DNA from: Psammoneis japonica
Taxonomy: Eukaryota
DNA length: 64,000 nt
Assembly: GCA_008632985.1 (NCBI GenBank)
Contig: QPGO01000050.1
Coordinates: forward strand, 434,001-498,000
Direction: 5' to 3'
Shown piece by piece: positions 27,700-39,583 of this stretch. Numbering within the stretch: position 1 is the stretch's first letter; every line of letters begins with the position of its first letter. The notes beneath the pieces are model-generated. The model worked only from the letters and a program-made list of their open reading frames with translations, searched no databases and was not told the origin of the DNA. The translations under genes were made by a program, and so were the position numbers.

Positions 27700-30600
27700 A
27701 TGCGTGTGTGGTGTGTGCTCCCTCAAACTCGCTCGCACGTGCATGATGAGTCTTTTCACGATTTTGCGATCTCTCTTCTGGCTTTCAAGGACACACTTCT
27801 TCTGCAATGTTCGCAGAAGGGCTGCAGCACTTTGCAGTTGGCTGAGTGGAGAGAGGAGAGAAGACAGCCCCAGGGAGACTTGAACACTGGAGGGGGCATC
27901 ATCAAGAAGGGCAGAGGCAACAGTGCATTGTTGGCGAACATGGCACATGGCATGGGGCAGCTCAGGAGAGTCCAGGGATTGTTGCTCACTTGACGAGGGC
28001 AGCAAAGGAAGTGGCAAAGAGGACAAAGAGTCAGTTGCCAGCATTGGGGTGAAGTTGTGGAAGAGGTTGCAGAGAGGTGGAGATGAGAGTGGTGGGGGGT
28101 TGTTCCAGGAGGAAAGGGGGGAGAGCTTGGGGGGCAGTGGAGTCACCAAACGGAAGCTGAGCTGCCTGCACGAAGGAGGCCAAAGCCACCAAGGGATGCA
28201 GAGAAAAAGGCTGTGGTGAGGGAGCAAGGAGGGAGGGGGTGACACAGCAGAGAGCAAGGTGTCTTGAAAAGGGGAAATTCTCATGAGTGGGTTGGGGGGG
28301 TGTCTCCTCAGGGTCAGCCACCTCAAAGTGGTGGCATGAGCTGGCCCTGATGAGGGGGCAAGCAGATGAGGAAGGAAAAAAGAAGTGCTTGAAGAGCTGA
28401 GCTTGGGTTTGCTTGTTGTGGGCGCAGATGAGGAGCTTCTTCACCTTAGAAGAAAGGGCTGGGGGCATTTCAGAGAGGACAGAGCAGGCAAAGTCAAGAA
28501 GGCTTGGGAACCCAGGGGTGGCCGAGAGGGAGCAAACATCAGACGAAGCAAGCTCAGGGTTGCAGGACAGGTCATTGTTGGGGTCAAGGCAGGAGAGAGC
28601 ATCCCAAAGAGGGCCTGCCTGCAAAAAAGGAAGTGCTGGAATTGTGCAAGCTCTGCCAGTCAAAGTGAAAAATTTGGCTTTGCAGACGTTGAGAAGCTTG
28701 GTGCTGTGTGTGGGCACCAAGAGCTGCAAAGCACTCAAGGCCAAGGGAGAGAAGAGTGCAGGGGAAATGCAGGAGCATCATTTGCACAAAAAAAGCCAGC
28801 AGAGGTGGGGGAGAAGGGTGGAAGACAGTCAAGGAGTTTGCGGTTCATGGGGCACAAAGGGCTGGGGAGAGAAGAGCCAGCCATGCAAAGATGTGGCCAA
28901 GCGGGGGGCAACCTTGAGGAGTGTGAATCCTTTGTGCTGCTGAGTGAACAAGCTCCATAAAAAGTCAGGGCAATGTTGCTGGCAGTTGTTTGAGCTCTGC
29001 AAATGATGGCATCAAAGAAAAAATGGAGGCACCAGAGGTGGAAGACTGGTGTGAAAAGAGGCAAGGAGGTCATGGCAAGCATTGTTGTCGTGTGACACTT
29101 TGTTGAACATGTGACAAGGTTGAGGAGGGGCAGGAGGGCTTGGTGAGAATGGCAGACAAGCCAAGCCAATGCTGGACATCAGCTGGGTGGAGCAGTGTGG
29201 AAGAGACAGTTGGGGCCACCTCTGATGCTGACTCCTAAAAATTGCCCACCAGCCGCCAACAAGGAGGTGCTTGGTGAGCTCAGAGCTGAAGAGAGTCATG
29301 ACAACAGACAGAGCTGGTGATGTGCCAGAGAGCTTCAAAAACATTGATTGGATGAAGCTTGTCAAGATCAGACTGGTCTTTGTGCATGGCAAAAAAGCAG
29401 CTGGAAGCAAGGACAGGGTGGATGGACAGAGGCACTGAACCACTGAGCAAGAGGACAAGTGGGGCCCCAAATGAAGGCTGGCGGGGTGGTGTGAGTTGCC
29501 TGCTTTTGAGTTTTGGTGGTGTGGAGACAGGTGCAGGCTTTGAGAAGGTTGGCAGAGTCAGCAAAAATGCTGGCAGCATCAGCAAGCTTTGTGCATGCTG
29601 AGGGCAGAGAGCAGAGCATTGGCAGGGAGGCAGATGGGGCAGTTGTTGCAGGAGGGCCAAGGTGGAGTGCACACCCGGGGCAGAGGAGGGAACATTGCAC
29701 AAGCGGAGGCAGTGAGGGCACAGCTTGAGCATGGCAGAGAGAAACCCAGGTGTGATGACAACAAGAGAAGGTTGGCTTGGAGTTTGCTGAATGGAAGCTG
29801 CCTTTGTGGCATGTGCTTGGACAGAGCAGCAGCAGGCAGAGGTGGAGAAGTCAGGTGACAAAGGAGCACCATCAGGCAGCAGGGCAAGAAGCAGGCGTGA
29901 AAGCTCATTGCAGAGCTGACACAGGCATGACCATGGCAGAAAATTGAGAGGCAAGAAGCACCAACAGCAGGGCTGAACTTGGTGGGGCCCCAAAAGGAGG
30001 GACAGGGGCAAGGAGGAGCAAGGCCTCAAAGAGCAGAAAAGTTTCCAAAAGGGGGCTGAATCCCACTGCCAATGCAGAGCAAGGCAGCTGGGGTCATGTG
30101 TGGTGGGCTTGGATGCAGCAAACACCCACTGGACAATGTGATGAAGGGAGGTGCTGAGTGTTTTGTTTGTGGAGGGAGAAAGCAGCCAGAGGCACAGAAG
30201 GGAGGGAGTGCCACACACCAGAGGGAAAAGAGCTGCTGGGGGGGAGGGCAGTCAGTTGCCAGCACAAACACCACTCCTTTGCAAAGAGCTCAAGGGTCTG
30301 GCAGCAAAACAGCCAGAAAAAGGGGGGGGGGGAACCACAGTTGCACAGGTTGAAGTTGGAGAGTGCAGCTGTGCACGGGGAAGCAAAGAAATGGAGTTTG
30401 AGCTGCTTGGTGGGTCAATTTCATGGGCACAGAAGACTGGCACAAGAACGGAGTGGAGACCACAAAGGAGGCATTGTGTGCTGGATTGGGTGAGAGGGCA
30501 AGTGAGGCAATCTGTGAGGACAGTGTTGGCACCATTTTTTTCTGGCAAGCAGAGATGTCCTTGAGGGCACCACAGATGCTTGCAAATGATGCCTGAGCAG

Positions 30601-31600
30601 GGAACAGAGCAGCAGGGAGGAGCATTGGCACAGAGGAGCTGTGAGAGCTTGAAAAGATTGAGGAGAAAAAGAGAGTGGGTTGGTGATGTGGAGGAGAGTG
30701 TGATTTGAACAGTGTCAGCTGACACAGATGTGTGGAAAACACAAAGGGGCAGAACTTGGTGTGGCAGGCTCTTGGCTCTGGCTCAAGAAAAACGTGCAAT
30801 GGCCTGGTGCTGAACAGGATTGATGAGGAAGGTGGCATGATCCTAGAATGACAGCTGTGGAGCCAGAGACTGGCAGCAAAACTGGGTGTTTTGCTGACAA
30901 GAAAGGCACATGGGACACAGGAGAGCAAACACTCACAAGTGCAGTGGGAGAAACAACAGAAGGAAGGGGTGATGCCAGCAAGGATGCTGTGCACCAGAGT
31001 CATGAAGAGTGCAGTGCCAAGTCCAAGGGTTGTCACCCATGACAGAAGAGTTGGCAAAGCAGCAGGAGGGTTGAAAAAGGCAGAAAAGTTGCCAGTGGCA
31101 GGCCAAAGTTTGGTGAAGTGGGAGCTGGGGTCTGTGCACCATCTCTGGAAGAAGGGCAAGCCTTGGCCTTGAAAGAGGCAGCCACTGAAAGCAAGCTGAT
31201 GATCTCCTCTGTCATGGTGGGGAAGAGGAGACAACTTCATGGGAGAAGGCCCTCTTCTGGCTCTGACAGGGTCAAGAGCATTTCTTGATTTTGAATGTGT
31301 GACAGACTGAGCACTTGAGAGCAAATGCAAGGTGGGGGGTGCACTGTTCACTGTTGATGCTGCAGCACAGTCAGAAGGCTTGTCAGATGGGGTCAGCGGG
31401 GGTGGGCATGGAACAATGTGAGCCAGAAGCCCAACGTTGGGCAAAGTGAATGGAGTGGGGGGTGGACATGGTGGAGGTAGACACAAGGAGTGCATTGATT
31501 TGCAATGAGGTGATTTTGTGGGCAACAACTTGCCAAAACAAAAGAAACATGGAAGCTGGCAGCAGAAACACATTGATGTGTGCATGTGTTGTGGTGCACC
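27700..31600 (-). mobile_element. Heavily mutated non-LTR retrotransposon (CRE-like reverse transcriptase); extent approximate
   Basis: Ordered minus-strand motifs HKD..DKLHPINVFEALWHI (29312-29390), MFNKVSHD (about 29090-29112), QGCP (about 28905-28916), CAND at the YADD position (about 28777-28788) and LNVCKAK (about 28675-28695). Confidence 0.7.
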
Positions 31601-32549
31601 AGCATGAAAGGAGGCTGGGTATGATGAAAAAATAGAGGTGGCACTTTCTTTTGTCCTTGGCTGTTTTCTGTGTCAATTTGTCCAAGTTTCAAGAAACAAA
31701 GAAGTGGCAAAAGCACCAGCTTGTTGTTTGCTGCGTGATGTCTGCTCCTGGCTGTGTCACACTCTGACCTCTTGCCCTTTCCTGCAGCTTTTCTTGTTGG
31801 CACACACAGAGTCCTGGGTTTTGCTGGTGCCTTCTTGCACAGCTGTCATTGCCAGTGTGCTGCTGTTTGGGCACATCCTGCGTTTTGAGTGGTGGCATGA
31901 CTGATCTGCAGCCTTTTCTGCCACAGAGATGACCCAGCCAGCCTGATGATCATTGCCTGCATCTTTTTTCATTTTGCAAGCAGCAGCCAGCCATTTTTAA
32001 AAGCCTTTTGTTGCACGCATTTTTGAACTCTTTTGCTGTTTGAATCAGATCAAATGAGCCATTTTGTCAATCTCCATTGACAACACGTTTTAAGCAATTG
32101 CAAGCTGTCATTTGTTTGCCATTGTCTGGGTTTGCCAAACATTGTTTCAATCAGATGCAGCGCATCTGAGTTTGCAGAAGATTGATGTCTCACTTTTTGT
32201 GACACCATCCTGCTCTTGTTGAAATTTAAATCTTCACACACCACTGGCCCACTTGCTGCATCTTGATTGTTTGTGTCTGTTGGAGCTGCGCTGCTGTGCC
32301 AGCTGATCATTGCTGCCAGCACCCACATGTGCAGCTTTGTTGTGCACTCTCAACATGGTTGAAATTCACAGGAAGGAGGACAGAGGGGCAGCAGAGTTGG
32401 CCTCAAAGGCATTTCTTGTGAACAAGATGTGGTGGCAAAGCTGGTCAAGAAAGAGGTTGGCTGGGGGGTGTCAGCTTGCCGGCTGCAGCACTGGATGGTG
32501 AGTGCCTGCAGAAAGGCAACCCAGCAGCCTTTGGAGAAATGGGGGCACT

Positions 32550-34370
32550 GCATCACCTCCTGCAAATGTTCCTCCTCCCACACAAGTGGCTGCTCATGCC
32601 AACACAATTTTGTGCTGGCTGTTGTGGCCCCATGTCACCTTGTCCACAAGAGGTTCAAAGTCAGAGCAAACTCGAGCTTTCCAACTTAAAGGTGAAGGGG
32701 CACCATGATCACATCATCAACCAACCCAACCAAAGTGAGCTGAGGGCACTGGCAGTCTCTGGTGGACCCCAGCTGACACTTTAGGAACCACAGCCAAGCA
32801 GCACAAAAGGCTGGCATTGTGCAGTTCTTGTTGCACCCTGTCACCCCCCCCCCCCAGGCCACAAGCAGCAGAGCTCAAGTCCACAGTGAAATGACCCCAC
32901 AAGTGCACCAGTCAACCAGCCCATCAACTGCAACAAGCTGAGGGTGCTGCTGGGCCTCAAGCAACACTTTAACAACCATGTGGTTGAGCACTGCAAGGTT
33001 GATGTTGTGGTGGCACTGTTGCTCTGTGCCACCTTGTCCTTGACAGGAGGTGAGCAGCAGACTTGAGTTTCCAAACTCCACAGTGAAAGGATCCCACAAA
33101 GGTGCCAACCAACCCAACAGCTGCAAGCTGAGGGCAGTGCTGGTGGTGTTTGGCAGGCCCCAAGCAACACCTTGAGAGCTGTGGTTGAGTGCTGGCTACA
33201 AGGCCTGTCTTGTGTGGTTGTGTGCAACCCCCCAAAATCACGCTCTCCACACCAGAACCATGTTTGAAATTCCCAACTCCAGCCACTGTGAAAGGGCCCC
33301 ACAATGGCACCAACTGACACTGCAGCTGCAAGCTGAGGGCACAGGTGGTGTCTGGAGGACCCCAGGGGCACTTTGAGAACTGTGGCTGAGCATCGTTGCA
33401 AGGTTGATCTTGTGGTGTTGTGGACCCATGTCACCTTGTCTCGAACAGGTTGGAGGGGCAGACTTTTGAGTTTCCCAACTCCAGCAGAGGGCAAAGGCCC
33501 CATGACAGCACCAACCAACCCAGCTGCTGCATGGCAAGCTGAGGGCACTGGCAGTGTCTGGCAGCAGGCCCCAGGCAACACTTTGAGAGCTTTGGTTGAG
33601 CCCTGCAAGGTGCCTGTCTTGTGCAGTTGTGCCCCCTGCCTGTCACATCCACGCCAGAAGAAGATTTGAAATTCCCCACTCCAGAGTGAAAGGATCTCAT
33701 GGTGGGCCAACCAACACAACAAGAGTGGGAAGAGGGTGTTGGGGGTGTCTGGTGGGCACCAGGGGACACCACTTTGAGAACTGTGGCCAAGCACAGCATG
33801 GCAAAGTTTGTGTTGTGGTGCACTGGCCTCATGTGGTCATCACCTTGTCCCAGACAAGAGCAGACTTGAATTTCCCAGCTTGGCAGTGAAAGGACCCCAC
33901 AACAGCACCAACAAGCCTTGCAACTGCAAGCTGAGGGCACCATCAGTGATGCCTGGCAGACCCCAGGAATCACTTTAAGAACCATGGTTGAGCACTGCAA
34001 GGTTGATCTTGTGGCATTGTGACCCCGTGTTTTCTTGTTGTTTGGAGCAGACTCTGTGTTGAGTTTTTCAACTCTAGAGTGAAAGGACCCCACAACCATG
34101 GTGAGGCAGCAACCAACCCAACTGCAGCAAGCTGAGGAGGTGCCAGTGGTGTGTGTCTTTGAGAGCCATGACAGAGCTTTGCAAGGCCTGTCTTGTGTGG
34201 TTGTGGCTCCCAGTCCCAGTGCCCTCCTCCCTGCTAGAAAGAGACTTGAAGTTCCAAGCTCCAGAGTGAAAACACCCCATGACAGAGCCAATCAATCCAA
34301 CAAGAGCAGGCTGAGGGCATTGGCAGTCTCTGACAGACACCAGGGGGGCTCTTTGAGAACCAACTGTTTC
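32550..34370. repeat. Diverged tandem repeat (satellite-like), unit about 180-205 bp, about 9 copies
   Basis: A GCTGAGG anchor recurs at about 32739, 32937, 33127, 33332, 33538, 33930, 34131 and 34310. CCAACTCCA.AGTGAAAGGA.CCCACAA-like segments recur at the same spacing. Confidence 0.85.
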
Positions 34371-36840
34371 TGAGCAGCAGCACAAGATGACCTGCAACCT
34401 GCAATCAAAAATGAGCGAGCCTTGGTTTTTCTTGCTGTTCCCATCCCAAGGGTTGATGCATTTTTGTGTGGGGGGGCAAGGCTTGCACATTGAGATGTGC
34501 ACTTGAAAGGCTTAAAAGATGTGAATCAAGGGCTGTGCCAAGAATTTGAAAGACATGATGGCGAGGCATGCATGATGTCAGCAGGGCAGCAAACTTTCAT
34601 GATTTGTCACCAGGGTCTTTGGAAGCACATGCACAATGAGAAGCCAGAGGCTTGGCAACTTGCTGCATGCATGAGACACTTGATTGTGGCACCTGAGAGG
34701 TTGGGAGCATTGCAGCACAATTTGTGGAGTGCACCCACAGGTCCACAGGAAAGAGGCATCACATCAAGAGCTGGGACAACCACATGGTTTTGAAGGTGGC
34801 AGCTTGAGCACACAGGTCAAAGGCGTGGACAACAGCCATCACATGATTGGAGCATGTGCACTTCTCAGCCCAGTTGATCCAAGATTTGATGGCTTGCCAG
34901 CATGACAGCAGAGTGAAATGACACAGCAGGGCTCAATGACAATGTGCAACTGCAAAGGCACGATGCATGTGTGGCTGGGATGAGGCTGGTGTGGTTCATT
35001 CAAAAGTTTGATTGTGCCAAGTTGCAGTGGGTGAGCAAAGCTTCAAATGGCAATGTGCTGGATGCACCAGAGACACAGAGGAGTTGTTGTGCAGTGGCAC
35101 CAGGCAGCATGAGAAGAGTGGAAAAAATCTAACGGCATTTTTGAATTGAGTTTCTTGCTGTTGCTGGGTGGAATTGTTGACAATTGCAGTGTGGGGGCAG
35201 AGCTTTCGGCCCCAGGTTGCAAGAAAATGATTGGTTGAACAGAGGATTGTTCATGCTGCAATCTGGGTTGATGTTGGAATTTGTCACAAGTTGCAATGTG
35301 ATGACAAGGTCAAGTCAGTTGATGGGCATTGTTTGTGGCAACTGATGGAAGCACACAAATGTCTGAAGGAATTAAATGAGCAATGCCATCGCATGGAGGC
35401 TGCTTGACATTGTGGTGAGCCGGGGTCTGGAGCACAAGTTGGTGTTTGGGCAGGAGGAAAGGACTCAAGTTTGCAGCTGCATGGTCTGTCAAAAGCAACT
35501 TGGTTCAACGGAAGTCATTTTGAAAGGAGAGTCTTTTCATCATCATTGTTGGACATGCAGTTGAGACACAGTGGATTGCACCAGGGGTGTGCCATTGTCT
35601 TGTACAAACAATGGATTGACAGCTGAGTTGTGCACAATGCCCCATGCAACAAAGGGACAAACATGCAGCAGCAGAAACACTGAAAAAATGCAGTGGTCAA
35701 CCAAAGAAAAGCTCTTCCAAACAAATGAGTCAACTCTGAACAAGATGCTTGGCCACAAAACAAAACATTGCAAATCAGTGGCTCTGCCAGAAAAATGAGC
35801 TGTCTGTCAAACTGAGCCCTGAACAAGGAATGATTTTTTAGCAGCATCACATCATTTGTGGCAAGGGGCAATGAGCCAGTGGCAAAACATCTCATTTGGA
35901 ACTTGAGCAACAGCAAGGAACTTGGCTGACTTTTTCTAAAATTGCAATTCCTGCAGTGGAGAGAGCAACCACACAATGTGCAAAAAAAATTTCTTGTCAT
36001 CAGCTGCTCTTCTTGCCAAAAGCATGAAAATGTGTTGCAGAGGTGGGGTGATGGACCGTGCTCTGTGGGGGCTCTGTTTTCCATGTGAAGATTTGTCTGG
36101 AGGAGAAGGGTTCCAGCCTTGAAGGGGATGAGCTGGTTGCTGACATGTCCACACAGCACACAATCTGCTGAAAATGCAGTGGGTGCATTTTCCTCACAAA
36201 AAAGACTCTTCTTCTCCTTTCACAAGGCCAGCAGGCACACTGCTGAAATTCCTCACAGCTGGCTTCTTGACCCCACAAGCAACACATTCTCATGTGGCAA
36301 CGTTGGTGTCAGCTGCATCCGTTGCAGATTTGAAAGCTGCTTTGGGAAGCACTCAATGACCAAGACAAGAGGTCGAGACATGCACCAGTGCCATCAACAG
36401 CATGTCTCCCCATCAGACAATGTGGCTGATGCATTGATGCTCCATCAACAATGCCATCTGCTGGAAAGGGAAAGACGACACCTGCCTCGTGTGCTCTCTC
36501 AAACACTCCTCAACTCACTCGAGTGTGGGCGGCAGTTGCTCTCATGATTTTGTGCTCGTCTCTCCTCCAGCTGGAGGACACTTCCATGACATTCATAGAA
36601 GGATGGCATCATCTGCTTTTTCCATGGTGGTGTGTTGGGCCATCGCCCACATCGTCACCGGTGATCTTTGAATATCCGGGTCTCTTTTGATGGATGGAGT
36701 TCTCTTCTTTTCTTCTTTTTCGATCGCGTCCGTCGTTTTTGTGTATTGAAGACACAACATGAAGCAGCAGACGACGCCCAACATTGACTTATTTCTGTAG
36801 ACACTGGGCTTTGAAAGATAGAGACAAGAGTCGTATTATC

Positions 36841-38265
36841 ATGAGCAGCAACAATAAGAAAGCAAAGACGGGCCACGACTTCGACACGGTGCAACAGTAC
36901 CTGCTCGAGTGTCCCGGAGTATCGAAAGATTCGCCTGCTATTCAAGGGGCACTTCGCGGTTTACAAGAGGAGCGCAAACGCATGGAGCGTGACGAAAAGC
37001 TTAAAAAGAAATTTGCTTGTACTATCACTGAATCTAAAACGCAAAACAAGAGCGTAACGTCTCCGTCTACCAGTGAACAACCAAAGAAGAAAGCGGGACG
37101 CAGAGAAATCAACACCGGGATCGACGAGGAGGAGGAAGAAGACTGGCAAACTTCGCTTGATGATGATGATATGATGATGACTTCTCATGACAGTGACTCG
37201 CCCTTGGGGAAACAGCTAGCACAGGGATCCATTCGTACCATGTCTCAGGCTGGAATCACTGTGAAAGACCCGCTCTCAGCGATTGCTTTGGCTCTCCACG
37301 GTGCAGTGCTTCAACTCGATTTTTGTTGTACGGGAATACCCCCGCCTAAAGAAGGGAACGGAGGTGGCTTTGCTCCTCCGATTCGACCATTACCGAAGAA
37401 CCAATATGTACCGATCGATTGGGATACTCACTCCTCAGATGAGGAAGGCCCGTATGTTGCCTTGCGTTATCGCAAGGACAACCTTGGCGTCGTCCATCTT
37501 GTAGTAAAGCAGAGCAGCAAAGATGATCACATTATGATGCAAGTCCAGTTGACTCCCGGAGAAGACCATACTGAACCTTTGGAGTTTGCTTTGGACGATC
37601 ATTTCAATCAAGATTCCTTTCTTACGGCGTCGTTAGCCAGCGACGACAAACGCGTCCTTCCAGCTCTACATTACAAGGCCTTATCGGTGCTTTTAACCAA
37701 GTTTTGTAATACGTTTGATTTGGGTCCTGTCCACGTTGATTCGGATGAAAAGCCTCTGGCTGCAGCAGCTGCGTCAACACAACCATCAACTCAGACTAGC
37801 TTCCGCCCCGCAAGCGGTCCTCAGACTTTACAGAGTCAACCGGATCCTCTTCGCATTTACAACCAGCACGAAGACCCCAACATTGGTCAGTTTCAACGGC
37901 CTCAACGAGCTGGCGACTTTAGCGGAGATCTGCTACCTGGCAGCCTTACTGATCCCTCATTTGGTCCCGGTGTGTCGGGAGGCAATCTAATGGGTCCGAA
38001 CCATCCGGCGTTTACTGGTGGTGTCGACCCACCACGATTGGGTGGAGGTATGGGCATGAAACCGCGATTTGATCCATATGGTCCGCCGGGTGGTCCGACG
38101 GATCCCAACAATCCTGACAACTTTGGATCGGATCCTAATCATCCCTTGGGAAGCAATACAAAGAATAGGCCTCCTCGTCGTGCGCCGCCGGGTGGATCTG
38201 GTAACCCGAATCCAGACCACGAGCTCCCCCGTCCAACATGTTCCTCTAAAAATGCTTATTATTAG
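36841..38265 (+). CDS. PSMF1: Proteasome inhibitor PI31-like protein
   Basis: FP-domain-like AIALALHGAVLQLDFCCTG and a Pro/Gly-rich tail with GNLMGPNHPAF, PRFDPYGP and PNPDH. Confidence 0.82.
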   Translation: MSSNNKKAKTGHDFDTVQQYLLECPGVSKDSPAIQGALRGLQEERKRMERDEKLKKKFACTITESKTQNKSVTSPSTSEQPKKKAGRREINTGIDEEEEEDWQTSLDDDDMMMTSHDSDSPLGKQLAQGSIRTMSQAGITVKDPLSAIALALHGAVLQLDFCCTGIPPPKEGNGGGFAPPIRPLPKNQYVPIDWDTHSSDEEGPYVALRYRKDNLGVVHLVVKQSSKDDHIMMQVQLTPGEDHTEPLEFALDDHFNQDSFLTASLASDDKRVLPALHYKALSVLLTKFCNTFDLGPVHVDSDEKPLAAAAASTQPSTQTSFRPASGPQTLQSQPDPLRIYNQHEDPNIGQFQRPQRAGDFSGDLLPGSLTDPSFGPGVSGGNLMGPNHPAFTGGVDPPRLGGGMGMKPRFDPYGPPGGPTDPNNPDNFGSDPNHPLGSNTKNRPPRRAPPGGSGNPNPDHELPRPTCSSKNAYY

Positions 38266-38409
38266 TTGAAGTAGTGTACAAGCAAAGTGATAGAAGTTCT
38301 CTTAGCAAGAAACAGAAGATCAAACTCATTTAACACAAAACTTTAACATTATAAATCTACTTTGCACAACTTTCTAAAACTGTCCCAGTTTTTTTCGCTT
38401 TTCTTCTCT

Positions 38410-39583
38410 CTAGAGATCCTCCAAAAGCTGAGCAGGTGATAAAAGCCTGTTGTTCCCACTCTGCATCATTTCGCTCCACAATCGAGTCACGTCGTTGCGC
38501 ACGACGTCATGGTCGTTTCCGTTGTTACAACACGCCATGTCCCCGTTGCACTTCTCGATCGAGTTGCCCCGATCGCCACTTGCAGTAACCAAGAAAGCAA
38601 AATACTTGATTGACTGAGTCGGTAGTACTACCACTCGTCTCTTCTTGCACGGTGGGATCCACCAATGTCTTCACCACATCCGCCAGCTCATCTCGGTTGA
38701 ACAACGCTGGCACCAGGGGGCGTCTGTCGACGGCAGAAACCAGAACGTAAAGTCGATGACTCTGGTGTCCTCGTGTTCATTGTCAAACACAGGAATAGAC
38801 AGGTACCGACCCTGTGACGCAGCTCTGCCGTTGGTGGCTTTGTATGAGCTACAATATACTTGTTGACGCCCAACCTACCGCCACAAACCGGGCCGCCACG
38901 TCGCCATGAAACAACACCATCAAGCCTTTCGTCCCCAAACTGACTCGAGCCTGCTGCTCCAAAGGGATGTTAAAGATCAGACCGTATGGGCAACTGTTCT
39001 TGTTGGGGTGGTTTAGGAGCGATACCACGGCTTTGTGAAAGGTACTGGCAGCTTGATTGGGACTATACACCAACAACGTCCCTCTATGCAATACGCTCCC
39101 ACGTAGCTTCATGATGGGCGGTGGACCAACCTTGTAGGTTCCCATACAGACGTTGCAAACAGTCGCAGCAGTAGTCGACGAAGATTGAAATGAACCGAAT
39201 TGGACTTGGACTTGCCACTGACGTAGGCACTTCAAATGAATCCATTTCGAACCTCCAGAACAGTGGCAGGGAGCAACCAACGCATTGCTCTCACAACCAT
39301 CATTGCCCTCACAGCCACGCTGTTCCAACAGAGGTCCCTCGAAGCAAAAACGACACAACGCATCACACTCTAGAGCTTTTTCGTAGGTCAAAACCTCCAA
39401 TTCTGGAGGAGGTGAAGATTTTGGTTGCACCTTTTTTCTGCTTTGGATCAAATGACGCTTGAGGGTTTGTAGGAAAGCGTTTTTTCTACGGCTAGTTACG
39501 TTGCCATTGTTGGCGGTAGTTCTCTCATGACTGAGACCAACTAAGCGTTCAGTTGCCCTTCGCTGCATAGACAACGACGCCAT
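38410..39583 (-). CDS. RING-CH (RINGv) zinc finger fused to a DUF179/AlgH-like domain; frameshifted
   Basis: CRFCF...LVAPCHCSGGSKWIHLKCLRQW...CNVC, then FHKAVV.LL.H...YGLIFN, GGPV and FLGYCKWRSGQLDREV spread across frames. Confidence 0.75.

Larger units (their letters stand above)
27690..36600. other. TpA/CpG-depleted degenerate repeat domain 2 (about 8.9 kb)
   Basis: About 24 TpA in 8.9 kb by manual count, and very few CpG. Long Tyr-free spurious ORFs. Confidence 0.95.

Noticed and set aside
32550..34370. Possible CRISPR array
   Set aside because: The whole 200-bp unit is homologous between copies, with no short invariant repeat or unique spacers, no cas genes, and a eukaryotic context.
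27690..36600. Classical fungal RIP as the explanation
   Set aside because: RIP depletes CpA/TpG and raises TpA and AT content. Here TpA is removed and TpG/CpA accumulates.
34400..36600. Possible DNA-transposon remnant
   Set aside because: No transposase motif or terminal repeat could be recognised by eye, so it is left as unidentified degenerate sequence.
27655..36690. Dozens of long overlapping ORFs on both strands (up to 431 aa)
   Set aside because: They are a by-product of TAA/TAG depletion. They are nearly Tyr-free, Cys/His-rich and have no coherent domains apart from the decayed RT motifs.
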